Numbered from the stretch's first letter, positions 53,426 to 64,000 are shown. The stretch: 64,000 bases of DNA from an uncultured Acidimicrobiia bacterium (GCA_963786955.1 CAWBAT010000005.1:1056001-1120000); one strand, 5' to 3'. Numbers and translations are program-made. Notes: a model not told the origin generated them from the letters alone.

Positions 53426-53833
53426 CTAACTCTCTTCTTGAATTTGCTGGATGAAGTCGAGGACCTTTACTTCAATCTCGTCGCGAACAGCCCTGTAAGT
53501 ATCGAGCGACTGCCCGACCGGGTCCGAAATGAACCAATGCTCGAGCTGAGTCCGACGAGAAGCCGGCCTCAGGACCTTCTCAAGAGAGGCTTCGAGATTG
53601 ATGATCCAAGCCATCCGCTCCAGATCGACAGCGGTCAATCCCTTCGACATTTGATGCGAGATATCGATACCCTTTTCCTGCATGACTTCAATCGTGGAAG
53701 GCATGATGAAGCCAGCAGGGCGGCTGCCCGCGCTATGAGCCTTCAGGAGCCCCTTGGCATAGTAGTTGGCAAACCCTTCAGCCATCGGGCTCCGGCATGC
53801 ATTTCCGATACAAACAAATAGAATCTCAATCAT
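53426..53833 (-). CDS. arsC: LMW-PTP family arsenate reductase
   Basis: CIGNACRSPMAEG, SAGS, HW...DP; the longer ORF extension runs through repeats. Confidence 0.8.
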   Translation of the reverse strand: MIEILFVCIGNACRSPMAEGFANYYAKGLLKAHSAGSRPAGFIMPSTIEVMQEKGIDISHQMSKGLTAVDLERMAWIINLEASLEKVLRPASRRTQLEHWFISDPVGQSLDTYRAVRDEIEVKVLDFIQQIQEES

Positions 53834-53879
53834 TCTGGAGAAATCATTCGTATCCGTGGGTGGAGACCTCGGATAAAGT

Positions 53880-54030
53880 TGTCGCCGGGACCGCTGGTCC
53901 CGGCACTGGAGTTTGGACATTTGTGCAGGCCAGAGGCCCGCACCAGAACCTTGTGGTGCAGGCGTCCTCGCCTGCCCCCAAGCGGCCTGAATGGCCGCCA
54001 TTGCGGGCGGGACGCCCGCGCTCCCAGGGG
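53880..54030. repeat. Cluster of REP-like GC hairpins
   Basis: gccgggaccgctggtcccggc (related at ~54194), gtggtgcaggcgtcctcgcctgc, gcgggcgggacgcccgc. Confidence 0.65.
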
Positions 54031-54599
54031 AATTCCTTCTTACTCTTCCATGTCTGATTCAAACTGCCATGGTCAACTGTCGCTTCGTTGTCAAGTTTCA
54101 CCATTTCAAAGGGAAACGGTTACTTAGACAATTCGCCGCGCTTGACTACCCTATCTTCGGCATTCTGCCTTTGACAAAATGTTCAATCTCCGGCGCCGGG
54201 ACCGCTGGTACCGGCAATACGGGCCGGGGTCATCGACCCCGGCTACAACGATTTTTTCAGCAACCCGTCTGACGACAGAGCATGCCTGCTCGGCAGTATC
54301 AATATTGCTTTAAAATAGGAGTCGTTGCATTAGAAATCATGCGCGCGCATCACGAACTAGCCCCAAGAAATTGGAATTCCTTCGGACGATGAGTTTCGTG
54401 CTTTTGGAGAGCCTGGCCTTAAAATCAGCTTCCTCTCTAGTCGTCATACGGAGCTAGAGAATCCTGGTTGTTTCCCGCAAATACTCGTGCCTATAATGAA
54501 CCGTGGTTGTTGCGCGTCCAATCAGCCAGGACACGGGCAAGCTGTTTTCAAGGCTGAGACACCCCATTCAACTGGTCATTTTTCCACCTGAACCCAAAC

Positions 54600-56081
54600 A
54601 TGAGCGAAAAACCCAAGACTCTTGGTGAATTGAAGAAAAGCCCCTGGGGAACCCCTTCAATGCGGCAGCGGACCGTCAAAGACGAGATGCGAGCCAATTT
54701 GATTGGCAAGCTCGAAGAAGGAGATCACCTCTTTCCCGGAATTGTTGGTTATGAAGACTCGGTAATCCCTCAGATTATCAACGCGGTCCTTTCCAGGCAT
54801 AACATGATCTTGCTTGGGTTGCGAGGGCAGGCCAAATCAAAAATTCTCAGAAGTCTCATCGATCTGCTCGATCCCGAAATACCTGTCATTGCAGGTTGCG
54901 AAATCAATGACAGCCCTTTCTCTCCGGTGTGTCGATTTTGCCGATCCTTGTTACGCGAGAAAGGAGACGCGACGCCGATTCACTTCATTGCTCGATCGGA
55001 GCGCTATGTTGAGAAGTTGGCTACTCCCGATGTCACCATCGCAGACATGCTTGGCGATGTGGATCCGATCCGGGCCGCACGCGGTGGCCTGAATCTTTCA
55101 GACGAGCTCACGATCCATTATGGCCTCTTGCCTCGAGCCAATCGAGGAATCTTCGCCATTAACGAGTTGCCGGATCTGGCTGGGAAGATCCAAGTCGGTC
55201 TTTTCAATATCCTACAGGAAGGGGATATTCAAATTAAGGGTTTCCCCCTCCGTCTCGCCCTGGATGTGGCCATTGTGTTTACAGCGAATCCGGAAGACTA
55301 CACTGCTCGGGGCAAAATCATCACTCCGCTCAAAGACCGCATCGGGTCGGAGATCAGGACCCATTATCCGGTGACTCTCGATCATGGAATTGCCATCACG
55401 GAACAGGAGGCTTGGGTCCAGCGGCAACAAAACACTCCTTTGCTGGTCCCGCTTTACATCAAAGAAATTGTTGAGGGAATCGCATTCCAGGCGCGTCAGG
55501 ACAAGAAAATCGACAAACGTTCCGGTGTCAGTCAGCGACTTCCGATCACCGTATTAGAAAACGTCGTGTCGAATGCCGAACGCCGATCGATTGTCCATCG
55601 GGAAAAGACGGTGGTGCCGCGTGTTGCCGACATTTACGCCGCTATTCCCTCGATGACAGGAAAGCTTGAACTCGAGTATGAAGGTGAGCTCAAAGGGGCT
55701 GAGAGCGTGGCGCTGGAATTGATCCGGGCTTCCGTTCGACAGGCCTTTCAGCGAATCCTGGGGGACTCAGACCTGCAACAGATCGTGGACTGGTTTGAGC
55801 TGGGGGGGAGCCTCAAACTCTCCGACATGGCGACTGCTGCTGAAGTATTCAAACAGCTCAGCCTCATTCAGGGCCTCACAGACAAACTGGGCCTGCTCGG
55901 AGTTAACAAGAAAGATGATGTTGCGTTTCAAGTTTCCGCCGGCGAGTTTATTCTCGAAGGTCTCTATGCCATGCAAAAGATCCACCGGAGTGAAGAAAAA
56001 GGATACATCGCCGCGGAAAGAAAGCGCGTGGAGACCTATTTCGACGAAAAGCCGGGGCGGTCGCGGAAGTCGTTCAATTAA
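54600..56081 (+). CDS. ChlI/Mg-chelatase-like AAA+ ATPase
   Basis: GLRGQAKS, EKLATPD, RANRGIFAINELPDL, NPEDYTARG. Confidence 0.85.
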   Translation: MSEKPKTLGELKKSPWGTPSMRQRTVKDEMRANLIGKLEEGDHLFPGIVGYEDSVIPQIINAVLSRHNMILLGLRGQAKSKILRSLIDLLDPEIPVIAGCEINDSPFSPVCRFCRSLLREKGDATPIHFIARSERYVEKLATPDVTIADMLGDVDPIRAARGGLNLSDELTIHYGLLPRANRGIFAINELPDLAGKIQVGLFNILQEGDIQIKGFPLRLALDVAIVFTANPEDYTARGKIITPLKDRIGSEIRTHYPVTLDHGIAITEQEAWVQRQQNTPLLVPLYIKEIVEGIAFQARQDKKIDKRSGVSQRLPITVLENVVSNAERRSIVHREKTVVPRVADIYAAIPSMTGKLELEYEGELKGAESVALELIRASVRQAFQRILGDSDLQQIVDWFELGGSLKLSDMATAAEVFKQLSLIQGLTDKLGLLGVNKKDDVAFQVSAGEFILEGLYAMQKIHRSEEKGYIAAERKRVETYFDEKPGRSRKSFN

Positions 56082-56098
56082 GCATTCAAAGGTGTCCA

Positions 56099-57358
56099 GT
56101 GAAGAGCATCAAGTATTCAAAATTTCTCGGGTTTGATTGGGACTCTTTGAGCCTTGAGGACCTCCTTCAAAAACTGTCCGATTATTTGTTACAAAGCGGA
56201 TTCCAAAGTGATTATGGTGGTTATTCGATGGGTGGGGAGGACCACACGCTCGAGAGTCTCCAAGATGCCATTCTGGATGCCCTTCTGAACCATGGACTGC
56301 TTTCCGATGAGCAATTGGAACAGTTGCTGGCGCAGCCGGAAGAAGAACGCGATTCCCGCCTTTCTGAGTTGGTTCAAAAGCTCGTCCAGCGTTTGTTGGA
56401 AGAAGGGTATATTTCATTTTCGGATGAACCGTCTCAAGGGGATGGCCAGGATGCGTTTGAGGGCCCGGGATATGAGGATCTCGAAGTTGGACAGGTGCGG
56501 TTTGAACTGACAAACAAAGGTCTTGATTTTCTGGGATTCAAAACCCTTAAAGATCTCTTAGGCTCGATTGGCAAAAGCAGCTTTGGAAGGCATGACACGC
56601 GCGACTTGTCGACAGGGATCGAAAGTAGCGGGGCGTCACGTCCTTATCAATTTGGGGACACCCTCAATCTGGATGTGAGCGGAACCTTGCTGAATGCCGT
56701 GGAACGGGAAGGGCTGGGGGTTCCCCTCAATATTGACTACCAGGACTTGATGGTTCATCAAACCGAATACCACAGCTCCTGCGCGACGGTTGTCATGCTG
56801 GATTGCAGCCACAGCATGATTCTTTATGGAGAAGACCGCTTTACGCCGGCTAAGAAAGTGGCCCTGGCTCTCGCCCACCTGATCCACACGCAGTATCCCG
56901 GCGACACACTTAACCTCGTGTTGTTTCATGATTCAGCCGAAGAGGTTCCTCTCAGTCAGTTGGCACGCGTCCAGGTGGGACCGTATTACACCAATACGCG
57001 AGAAGGATTGCGCTTGGCACAGCGAATCCTGGCGCGACAACGGAAAGACATGAAGCAAATTATTATGATTACGGATGGGAAGCCTTCCGCCCTCACGAAG
57101 GAGAATGGATACATCTATAAAAATGCCTTCGGGCTTGATCCGCTGGTGGTCAGTGAGACCATCAAGGAAGTGGCAAACTGCCGCCGATCTGGAATTCTCA
57201 TCAACACCTTCATGCTGGCCCGGGATTTTGACTTAGTGAGCTTTGTCAAGAAGGTCACCGAGATCTGCCGTGGGAAAGCCTACTTTACGTCCCCCAACAC
57301 CCTCGGCCGTTATCTCCTACTCGATTACATGCAGAAGAAAAGCAAGACCATCCATTAA
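56099..57358 (+). CDS. VWA domain-containing protein
   Basis: DCSHSM MIDAS motif, YTNT, ITDGKPS. Confidence 0.88.
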   Translation: MKSIKYSKFLGFDWDSLSLEDLLQKLSDYLLQSGFQSDYGGYSMGGEDHTLESLQDAILDALLNHGLLSDEQLEQLLAQPEEERDSRLSELVQKLVQRLLEEGYISFSDEPSQGDGQDAFEGPGYEDLEVGQVRFELTNKGLDFLGFKTLKDLLGSIGKSSFGRHDTRDLSTGIESSGASRPYQFGDTLNLDVSGTLLNAVEREGLGVPLNIDYQDLMVHQTEYHSSCATVVMLDCSHSMILYGEDRFTPAKKVALALAHLIHTQYPGDTLNLVLFHDSAEEVPLSQLARVQVGPYYTNTREGLRLAQRILARQRKDMKQIIMITDGKPSALTKENGYIYKNAFGLDPLVVSETIKEVANCRRSGILINTFMLARDFDLVSFVKKVTEICRGKAYFTSPNTLGRYLLLDYMQKKSKTIH

Positions 57359-57477
57359 CGCAGAATTCTGAAGTCATTTCCATGTCGCTAGGTAAAGCGG
57401 GCGCGCGGGACCGCTGTCACTCGGCGTACGCTCATAGAACGCGCGGGGGGGACAGCGGTCCCGCGCGTGCGTTCCAC

Positions 57478-59256
57478 CTAATGCTTGAACCAGTCGTCAC
57501 GGAAATAAAACGGGATGGTAATCTCCGCTTGGATTTCCACAGGCTGGCCACTCTTGAGACTGGGTTTAAACTTCCAACCAATCAAAGCATCGCGGGCGCT
57601 AATGTCCAGACGCGGATCCAACCTCTGAATGATTCGCACTGTGGCAGGATCGATGATTCCGTCCTTTCGTAAAACAGCATACAAAATCACGTGACCTTCC
57701 ACCTTTTCCCGAATCACCTCGGGGGGGTATTTGGGATCTACCTTCACGGTGGCGGATGGAGCCGTCAAGGGCGCATCCGTACGATTGGGGCCCGGCGGAA
57801 TGGCACTGGGGTCGGAGTTCATCGATTCATTGGGCAGTTCAGCAAAGCGAAAGATCCAGCTTCCTCGTTTGCTCGTGAAGTTAGGTGAATTCATGGAAGT
57901 GGTGTAAATCGTTTTCCCTTGCCTTTCCATTTCCTGAAGTGGGGAGGTGGTCACATCGGGTGGGAGATTGAGTTCCAGTTTCGCCGGCTGAGTGCCTGGC
58001 AAGAGAGAAGGCAAACGATCCCGTGATGCCGATAGCTTGGGCTGTTTCTTCTGTTCTTCTTTTTTCGTCTCTTCCTCAGGCTTCGGCGGAATTGGTGCCT
58101 GAATGACTGCGACACCTGCTCCGGAAGGGAGGGCAGGAGCCTGGCTCTTGATGGAGATCGCTGCAATGACGATGTCCGCTTTCCCCAATTCTTCTGTGCC
58201 TGCAGGCGCTTTGGCGTGTGACGGACTAACCATCCTTCCCACTGCGTTCACCTTGGGTACGGCTAGTTCCCCCTTCGGCAGTGCGGGCTGGTTCGAGTAA
58301 ACCAATAGATCCGACCCACTGGCTGAGCGGAGTTCCCTTTCTTGAACCTCACCCTTTGGCTCCTCAATCACCGGCACTGCTGGGAGCGGCTGCGAAGGGA
58401 GCGCCAGCTTCAGCTTCTGTGCAATTGCAGATTCTGGATTGACTGCTTGTGGCTGGACCTCCACCGATTGAGTCAATGCGGGCTCATCAGGAATCGTGAA
58501 CTTTGGTTTCTCAAGAACTACGGGTGCTTTCCCGGGTTCTAACTTGGCAGATTTGAGAAGAATATTGGGAAGAAGCAGTTTGGGGAGCGAATCAACTGAA
58601 GGCATCTCGGGCTGTTCGATAATCATTTCAACCGGTTTTTGAATCTCCGGGTGGATACGGGTTTCGGCTTCGGCCATTTTGGTATCAGGGATCTTCTCTT
58701 CCACGGGGGAGGAGAGGGTCTTCTCAGCAGCCTTTTCCAGAGTTTGTGAGGGCGCTATCGTGGGGAATTGACCATTCACTTTGTAGTAAGTGATTTTTTC
58801 CTTATCAAAATCAATGAATGCATTCCTTTTGGGGGCAATATGAATGACACTGATGAGGCAAATGATGATGAGATGCAGGAGCGTGGAGGTCAGTAGCGAA
58901 CGGACCGGCCGATAGGGTGCTACAAGCTCAAGGAACTGAACATCTGAAGAAGAATGAGCGGCTTCCCCCACCGGCTCGGACTGCCAAGGAATGCTGAGCC
59001 GACCTGACGGGAAGGGATCGGTCTCTTCAGAGTCCCCATCTAGTTTGCCCGGGGAAAGCGCTATAAGAGTATCAAGCCTGCCCCTCAACCGCACGATCGC
59101 GTCGGAGCGAGTGAGCAGCTCCTCGCCAAAGTGGGATTGACGATAATAGCTCTCGAAAACCTCGTCACTTAGGTTTTCCCAGAGTCGAAGATTGACCTCC
59201 AGCTGCTCTAACTCGCCAGGCTCATTTGTGGTTGAATTTTGTCTTTGATACTCCAT
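57478..59256 (-). CDS. TonB family protein
   Basis: S..LH TM segment, Pro-rich linker, DPKYP..VEG.VIL..LD..A..W.FKP. Confidence 0.82.
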   Translation of the reverse strand: MEYQRQNSTTNEPGELEQLEVNLRLWENLSDEVFESYYRQSHFGEELLTRSDAIVRLRGRLDTLIALSPGKLDGDSEETDPFPSGRLSIPWQSEPVGEAAHSSSDVQFLELVAPYRPVRSLLTSTLLHLIIICLISVIHIAPKRNAFIDFDKEKITYYKVNGQFPTIAPSQTLEKAAEKTLSSPVEEKIPDTKMAEAETRIHPEIQKPVEMIIEQPEMPSVDSLPKLLLPNILLKSAKLEPGKAPVVLEKPKFTIPDEPALTQSVEVQPQAVNPESAIAQKLKLALPSQPLPAVPVIEEPKGEVQERELRSASGSDLLVYSNQPALPKGELAVPKVNAVGRMVSPSHAKAPAGTEELGKADIVIAAISIKSQAPALPSGAGVAVIQAPIPPKPEEETKKEEQKKQPKLSASRDRLPSLLPGTQPAKLELNLPPDVTTSPLQEMERQGKTIYTTSMNSPNFTSKRGSWIFRFAELPNESMNSDPSAIPPGPNRTDAPLTAPSATVKVDPKYPPEVIREKVEGHVILYAVLRKDGIIDPATVRIIQRLDPRLDISARDALIGWKFKPSLKSGQPVEIQAEITIPFYFRDDWFKH

Positions 59257-59477
59257 CCCGAATCGGATTCCACGTTTAGATCAATTTGGGGCGAAGCTTG
59301 GGCACGCAAAATAATGCGCATTAGACCATAATTTGATCGTGAGCTACAATGCTCAAATATCTGAAAATTACTTTAACAGCCTAAAGATGGCATGGCATCC
59401 TCTTTCTTCGCTTTGGAATCTGATCTATCATAACAAAAGAGGTTATCGGTTCAATTGGGGGAAGGATAGCGACACGC

Positions 59478-60137
59478 ATGGGTATCGAGGTTCAAGAGAT
59501 TAAAGATGTCAGAAAGGGCGTTCTAATTGGAGGGGCCTGCGCTCTGTTGTTGGTTTCAACAACCTTCGCCGGGTACAAGAGTCAAAAGGTAAGAATGGAT
59601 CCAGCCGGCAGTTACGCCTGCCATCAGAAACAGGGTACCCTGACGATTGCGGCCGACCCGTATCAAACCTGGGAAAAATTAAAGACCGTATTCGATCTGA
59701 AAGAATTAGATCAGATGGGTGTCATTCCGGTTCAAGTGGTCCTGACTAATGAAGGGGAAGAAACGATTGTCGTTCAAGGAAGTGAGATTCACTTGCTGGA
59801 TAGAAAGAACCGCTCGATTGAGGGAATGACGGTTGACGATGTCATACGAGTTGTGATGGGCAAAAGCGCTCCCCCAACTAAGAGTCCGACGAAGTCTCCT
59901 CTTCCCTTTCCCAGGCCGGGCGGGCATCGAGGAGACTTATTTGAGATTGAAACCGATTTGACCAATAAGTCTTTGGGGGAAACGCGGGTGACGCCGAAGT
60001 CTACGGTTGGCGGCTTCCTGTATTTTCGATTACCTGAAAATCAACGGGATCTGAGCGGTTACAAAGTTTATATTCCTGAAATTAGGCAGCTCCGGAGCGG
60101 GGAATCGCTCCTTTTTTTTGAGATCGACTTGAAGTGA
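59478..60137 (+). CDS. Hypothetical exported protein
   Basis: Signal peptide, long ORF, GFLYF motif. Confidence 0.7.
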   Translation: MGIEVQEIKDVRKGVLIGGACALLLVSTTFAGYKSQKVRMDPAGSYACHQKQGTLTIAADPYQTWEKLKTVFDLKELDQMGVIPVQVVLTNEGEETIVVQGSEIHLLDRKNRSIEGMTVDDVIRVVMGKSAPPTKSPTKSPLPFPRPGGHRGDLFEIETDLTNKSLGETRVTPKSTVGGFLYFRLPENQRDLSGYKVYIPEIRQLRSGESLLFFEIDLK

Positions 60138-60167
60138 AATCGTTTTCGGGAGGAGGGTTGATTCACT

Positions 60168-60848
60168 ATGCGAACCTGGACGGAGTTCTTTCACTTGAAT
60201 TTGGTTTTTTTCCTTTTTTCACTTTCGGGCAGTGCCCAAACCATCGAACAGGTCACCATACCGGCTGGGATAAAATTCAAAGCGCGGCTCGAGACACCTA
60301 TCAGCTCAAAAATCTCGGAAGTTGGTGATAAGATTGTAGTTACATTGTTGGAACCCTTACCGATTGACTCTCAACATGCCTTACCTCGTGGGATCGAAAT
60401 GACCGGACAGATTACGCAGGTGAAGCGGGCCGGGCAGGTAAAAGGCAAGGCGGAGGTATATGCCCTCATCAATGAGCTGACAACAAGCTACGGATCAGAA
60501 CCCATCGCCGTTTCTGTTGTCTCGGCAGACGATTTCGTGAACGACGAGAAGATCCGAACGGATGAGGAAGGGAAACTCATATCGAACCGTGATTTGGGAG
60601 ATGATGTCAAGAAAGCCGGAGCCGGGGCGGGGCTTGGGTCAATCGCCACGGCGCCCGTCGCCATCGCAACTGAGAACGTCGGTGCTGCCATTGCAGGTCC
60701 TGCAGCCGGAGCCTTGGCGGGCCTTCTTTTGACGCGGGGGAAAGAGATTCGGCTGGCAGTAGGAACTGTATTTCGAATGAAGTTCGACAAACCCGTGACG
60801 ATCCCCCTCTCCATGACTCGCCCCTTGTCTCACCCATCGACCCTTTGA
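60168..60848 (+). CDS. Hypothetical secreted protein (TrbI/VirB10-like beta domain with glycine zipper)
   Basis: IPAG...LETPISS, AGQVKGKA, AGAGAGLG, TRGKEIRL..GT. Confidence 0.65.
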   Translation: MRTWTEFFHLNLVFFLFSLSGSAQTIEQVTIPAGIKFKARLETPISSKISEVGDKIVVTLLEPLPIDSQHALPRGIEMTGQITQVKRAGQVKGKAEVYALINELTTSYGSEPIAVSVVSADDFVNDEKIRTDEEGKLISNRDLGDDVKKAGAGAGLGSIATAPVAIATENVGAAIAGPAAGALAGLLLTRGKEIRLAVGTVFRMKFDKPVTIPLSMTRPLSHPSTL

Positions 60849-60864
60849 GGGTCGTCTTGCTGCT

Positions 60865-61704
60865 TCACCGGGTCAGATGATCATAGAGCCGATGCAAGTC
60901 TTCTTGTGAGTAGTATTCAATCTCAATTTTTCCGCGTGGGCCGTTTTCGACGATCCGGACCCGCGTCCCGAGGACTCTTTCCAAATGCTCAAGAGCCGCT
61001 CGGACATTGGGATCGAGAGGATTTTGGACAATTTTCTTAGGCCTGGCTTTCCTGCCCGCCGCGATAGTTCTTTCTAATTGTCGGACGGACCACCCCTGGA
61101 CACAGGCTTTTTCAGCGATTTCCCGCTGGAGAGAATGCGGTTCCAGCCCAAGTAGTGCGCGCGCATGTCCCATGGAAAGGATCCCCTCTTGGATCATCTG
61201 CTGAATGTCTTTGGGCAATTTCAGCAAGCGGAGGAAGTTTGCGATGGTTGAACGATCCTTACCCGTACGCTGGGCTACCTCTTCTTGAGTGAGGCCGAAT
61301 TCGTGGGCGAGCCGGTGATAGGCTCGAGCCTCTTCGATTGGATTTAAGTTCTCCCTCTGAATATTTTCAATGAGCGAGACCTCCAACAGCTTTTCGTTGG
61401 AGACTTCCCGGACGAGGGCTGGAACTCGCAGCAGGCCTAATCTCTGCGCCGCCCGCCAACGGCGCTCTCCCGCCACAATCTGATAGCGGTTGCCGTGTCT
61501 GCGAACGATCAAGGGTTGCACGAATCCATGGGTTCGAATGGATTGGCTGAGTTCTTCGAGCTTGGCGTCAGCAAAGACCTGTCGAGGCTGGAAAGGATTG
61601 GGCTCGAGCAGATCGAGGTCGAGTTCCCGAAGCTCAGGTTCTGTCGTTTCTTCACGATCCTTGAGAAGCGCGCTCAGTCCTTTCCCGAGAGCTTGTCTTG
61701 TCAT
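60865..61704 (-). CDS. parB: Chromosome partitioning protein ParB
   Basis: LGKGLSAL, PNPFQPR, AGERRWRA, ENIQRENL. Confidence 0.97.
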   Translation of the reverse strand: MTRQALGKGLSALLKDREETTEPELRELDLDLLEPNPFQPRQVFADAKLEELSQSIRTHGFVQPLIVRRHGNRYQIVAGERRWRAAQRLGLLRVPALVREVSNEKLLEVSLIENIQRENLNPIEEARAYHRLAHEFGLTQEEVAQRTGKDRSTIANFLRLLKLPKDIQQMIQEGILSMGHARALLGLEPHSLQREIAEKACVQGWSVRQLERTIAAGRKARPKKIVQNPLDPNVRAALEHLERVLGTRVRIVENGPRGKIEIEYYSQEDLHRLYDHLTR

Positions 61705-62458
61705 TTCGAATGACCTCCTTGGCTAAATCGAGATAACTTTCGGCCCCGCGAGACCGTATGTCATAGAGCAGGATGGGTTTCCCGTGGCTAGGGGCCTCTG
61801 CCAGGCGAATATTCCGCGGGATTACAGTCTTGAAGACCTGTGAGCCGAAATAGTCCCGCAGATCCTGCACCACCTGACGCGATAGCTTGGTCCTCTCGTC
61901 ATACATGGTTAGAACAAAGCCTTCGACTTCCAGTTCAGGGTTCAAATTGCGGCGGATCCGGATGAGTGTGTCCAGCATTTCAGAGACCCCCTCGAGCGCG
62001 AAGTATTCGCACTGAATGGGGATCAATAGCGACGCGGCTGCCGTCAGGGCATTTACTGTCAGGATGTCCAGGGATGGCGGGCAATCCAGCAGCACGAAGT
62101 CATACCGCGCAAGAATCGGCTGAATGGCGTCTTTGAGCCGAAACTCCCGACGATCAAGGGAAAACAATTCTACAGCCGCTCCGACTAAGTTGCGATCCGA
62201 AGGAACAAGATCCAACCCATCCAGTTCCGTTGCCTGGATGAGATCTTCAATCGAGGCCTGCCCTAGGAAAAGATGGTAAAGACTTCGACGTCGCGGGTCT
62301 TTTCGCAACCCCAGTCCGCTCGAAGCATTCGCCTGGGGATCGCAATCAATAAGCAGGGTTTTCATCTCGGCCGCTGCCAACGAGGCACCGAGGTTGATGG
62401 AGGTGGTAGTTTTCCCTACCCCGCCCTTTTGATTGGCTATGGCAATAACACGACTCAA
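61652..62458 (-). CDS. parA: Chromosome partitioning ATPase ParA/Soj
   Basis: NQKGGVGKTT, DPQAN, DCPPSL, QCEYFALEG, LAEAPSHG. Confidence 0.97.
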   Translation of the reverse strand: MSRVIAIANQKGGVGKTTTSINLGASLAAAEMKTLLIDCDPQANASSGLGLRKDPRRRSLYHLFLGQASIEDLIQATELDGLDLVPSDRNLVGAAVELFSLDRREFRLKDAIQPILARYDFVLLDCPPSLDILTVNALTAAASLLIPIQCEYFALEGVSEMLDTLIRIRRNLNPELEVEGFVLTMYDERTKLSRQVVQDLRDYFGSQVFKTVIPRNIRLAEAPSHGKPILLYDIRSRGAESYLDLAKEVIRNDKTSSRERTERASQGS

Positions 62459-62590
62459 GTCAGGAAGTCATCCTAAGCGCATTCACGGGATTCAAGAACC
62501 TCTTTCTTCTATCAGATTGCCTCTGGGAGATCAAACAATTTTACCCCGCCGAGAAAAGGCACCGGCATTCGGGGGAATGCGTTTTTATCT

Positions 62591-62642
62591 TGTTCCACGT
62601 GGAACCCTTCCCTGCCTCTCGCAAACTGTTCCACGTGGAACA
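62591..62642. promoter_or_regulatory. Two parS centromere sites
   Basis: TGTTCCACGTGGAACC (62591-62606) and the perfect palindrome TGTTCCACGTGGAACA (62627-62642), upstream of parA. Confidence 0.93.
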
Positions 62643-62697
62643 CTCCCCCAGTTCCAGATTCTTCCTCACAGGATCCTGCCTGAAGAAATACCAACCG

Positions 62698-63345
62698 TCA
62701 GGAATACCATTGGCCTGTCAGCAAGACATGATTGGTGTTCCAAGGAACCGAAACAGGATCGTTCCATTGAATTCCTTCCAGCCTCTTACGTAAAGTTGCC
62801 GCAGAACCCGGGGTCATGAACAGCAGCACTTTTCGAGACCCGCTCAAAAGAGGTCTTCCCGCCTTTAGAATTGCTGCTTGGTTCCCAACCCCTCTGGAAA
62901 TCAATACAGCCGGCAGGCGCGGCAAGATCGGGAGAGGATCCGCTTCTAACCGACAGGATAGAATCTCCACACCCTTCAGCCCCAGTTCTCGTTTCAAGGC
63001 AGCCAGGAAGGCAGCTCGTTTCTGGCGGGGTTCCATCAAGATCAACTCGAGATCCGGTCGGTAAACCTTCATGGCCATTCCCGGAAATCCTGCCCCGGAG
63101 CCAATGTCTAGGCAAGGTGAATCCTCGCTTCGGAGTAGTCGGGCACCCAGGAAAGACTCAGCAAACAAGTTTTCCAAGACTTCGACCGGGGCCATCCGAG
63201 CCGTCAAGTTTATTCGTGTGTTCCATTTTTGGAGCAATTCAAAGTAGGCACACACCTGCTCAGCCGTCGATTGACCGATCGGTAGACCCCGGCGTCCAAG
63301 CACCTCCTGGACCCAGTTTGGAGCGATTTCTCGGGGTTTTCCCAT
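62698..63345 (-). CDS. rsmG: 16S rRNA m7G527 methyltransferase
   Basis: WNTRINLTA, DIGSGAGFPG, KRAAFL; lies between mnmG and parA. Confidence 0.93.
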   Translation of the reverse strand: MGKPREIAPNWVQEVLGRRGLPIGQSTAEQVCAYFELLQKWNTRINLTARMAPVEVLENLFAESFLGARLLRSEDSPCLDIGSGAGFPGMAMKVYRPDLELILMEPRQKRAAFLAALKRELGLKGVEILSCRLEADPLPILPRLPAVLISRGVGNQAAILKAGRPLLSGSRKVLLFMTPGSAATLRKRLEGIQWNDPVSVPWNTNHVLLTGQWYS

Positions 63346-63356
63346 AAGATAAGAGG

Positions 63357-64000
63357 CTACGGGTTCGAGGGCTGATGGGAATTCATCTCGAGATAGATAT
63401 TGAGGATGGACAAGGCGGCCGGTGTCATCCCAGGAATCCGGCCGGCTTGTCCAATGGTCAGCGGACGGACCCGGGACAATTTCTCAACCACCTCCCGAGA
63501 GAGGCCGGATATCCCCAAATACTCGAAACCTGCAGGGATGGTCCGAGATTCGGCTTTTTTCAAGCGCTCGATTTCCGTGGTCTGCTGAGCCAGATAACCT
63601 TCGTATTTGATGGCCGTTTCAACTGCTTTGGTCTCTTCCCAGCTCAACCGAGATTGCAGTTCTGAAGGCAAGAGATTCAAGAACCCTTCAATCTTGACTT
63701 CGGGACGCTTCAAGGCTTGAGCGGCGCTGATTTTCCCATCTTCTACTTTAACGCGAATCGATTGGAGCTGCTCCTGTAACAGTCGGAGACGTTCTTGTTT
63801 TTCAAGATAGCGACGATAGTCTTGCTCCTGGATCATTCCGATCTGATACCCGAGCGGCGTTAATCGCTGGTCGGCATTGTCGATACGAAGGTGCAGCCGG
63901 TATTCCGCTCTGGAAGTGAACATGCGGTAAGGTTCATTGGTCCCTTGGGTCACGAGATCATCAATTAGGATCCCGATGTAGGCCTGGTCACGGCGCAGGA
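63357..64000 (-). CDS. mnmG: tRNA modification enzyme MnmG/GidA, C-terminal part (runs off right edge)
   Basis: EPYRMFTSRAEYRL, KYEGY, GQAGRIPGMTPA. Confidence 0.96.
   Translation of the reverse strand, partial: LRRDQAYIGILIDDLVTQGTNEPYRMFTSRAEYRLHLRIDNADQRLTPLGYQIGMIQEQDYRRYLEKQERLRLLQEQLQSIRVKVEDGKISAAQALKRPEVKIEGFLNLLPSELQSRLSWEETKAVETAIKYEGYLAQQTTEIERLKKAESRTIPAGFEYLGISGLSREVVEKLSRVRPLTIGQAGRIPGMTPAALSILNIYLEMNSHQPSNP

Noticed and set aside
53834-54001. Long N-terminal extension of ArsC
   Set aside because: It is read-through of REP hairpins; the real start is likely MIEILF at 53833.
62512-62793. Short ORFs containing repeated FHVE/VPRGT peptides
   Set aside because: These are translations of the parS palindromes.

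Overview
Bacterial chromosome segment close to the replication origin (mnmG-rsmG-parS-parA-parB at the right end). Gene content and the split atp operon resemble Acidobacteriota, which is an inference. The standout region is 1340-13421, a ~12 kb island inserted at the 3' end of tRNA-Arg(TCT). It has a 26-bp att repeat and a decayed tyrosine-integrase remnant. Its only cargo is two NRPS-like megaenzymes with unusual architecture: A-T-TE(Cys)-ThDP enzyme, and A(oxalate/acyl-CoA-ligase-like)-T-C-A-T-Ldh_2 dehydrogenase (the latter broken by two compensating frameshifts). None of the three adenylation domains keeps the amino-group-binding Asp, suggesting a keto/hydroxy/dicarboxylic-acid assembly line. 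Other notable items are a lysine riboswitch with terminator upstream of a Thermus-type homocitrate synthase (alpha-aminoadipate route), an FNR-like regulator / pentaheme half-OmcA cytochrome / YeiH / rhodanese-MBL / TusA / DsrE2 / sulfite oxidase-cytochrome c cluster, a MITE with target-site duplication, and many REP-like repeats. The rest is housekeeping: ETF-QO, DEAD-box helicase, queA, RlmI-like methyltransferase, hsp20-clpB-hsp20-grpE, thyX, atpFFHAGDC, trxB, mutT, proline dehydrogenase, arsC and an AAA/VWA pair. All calls were made by eye; no searches or folding computations were run.
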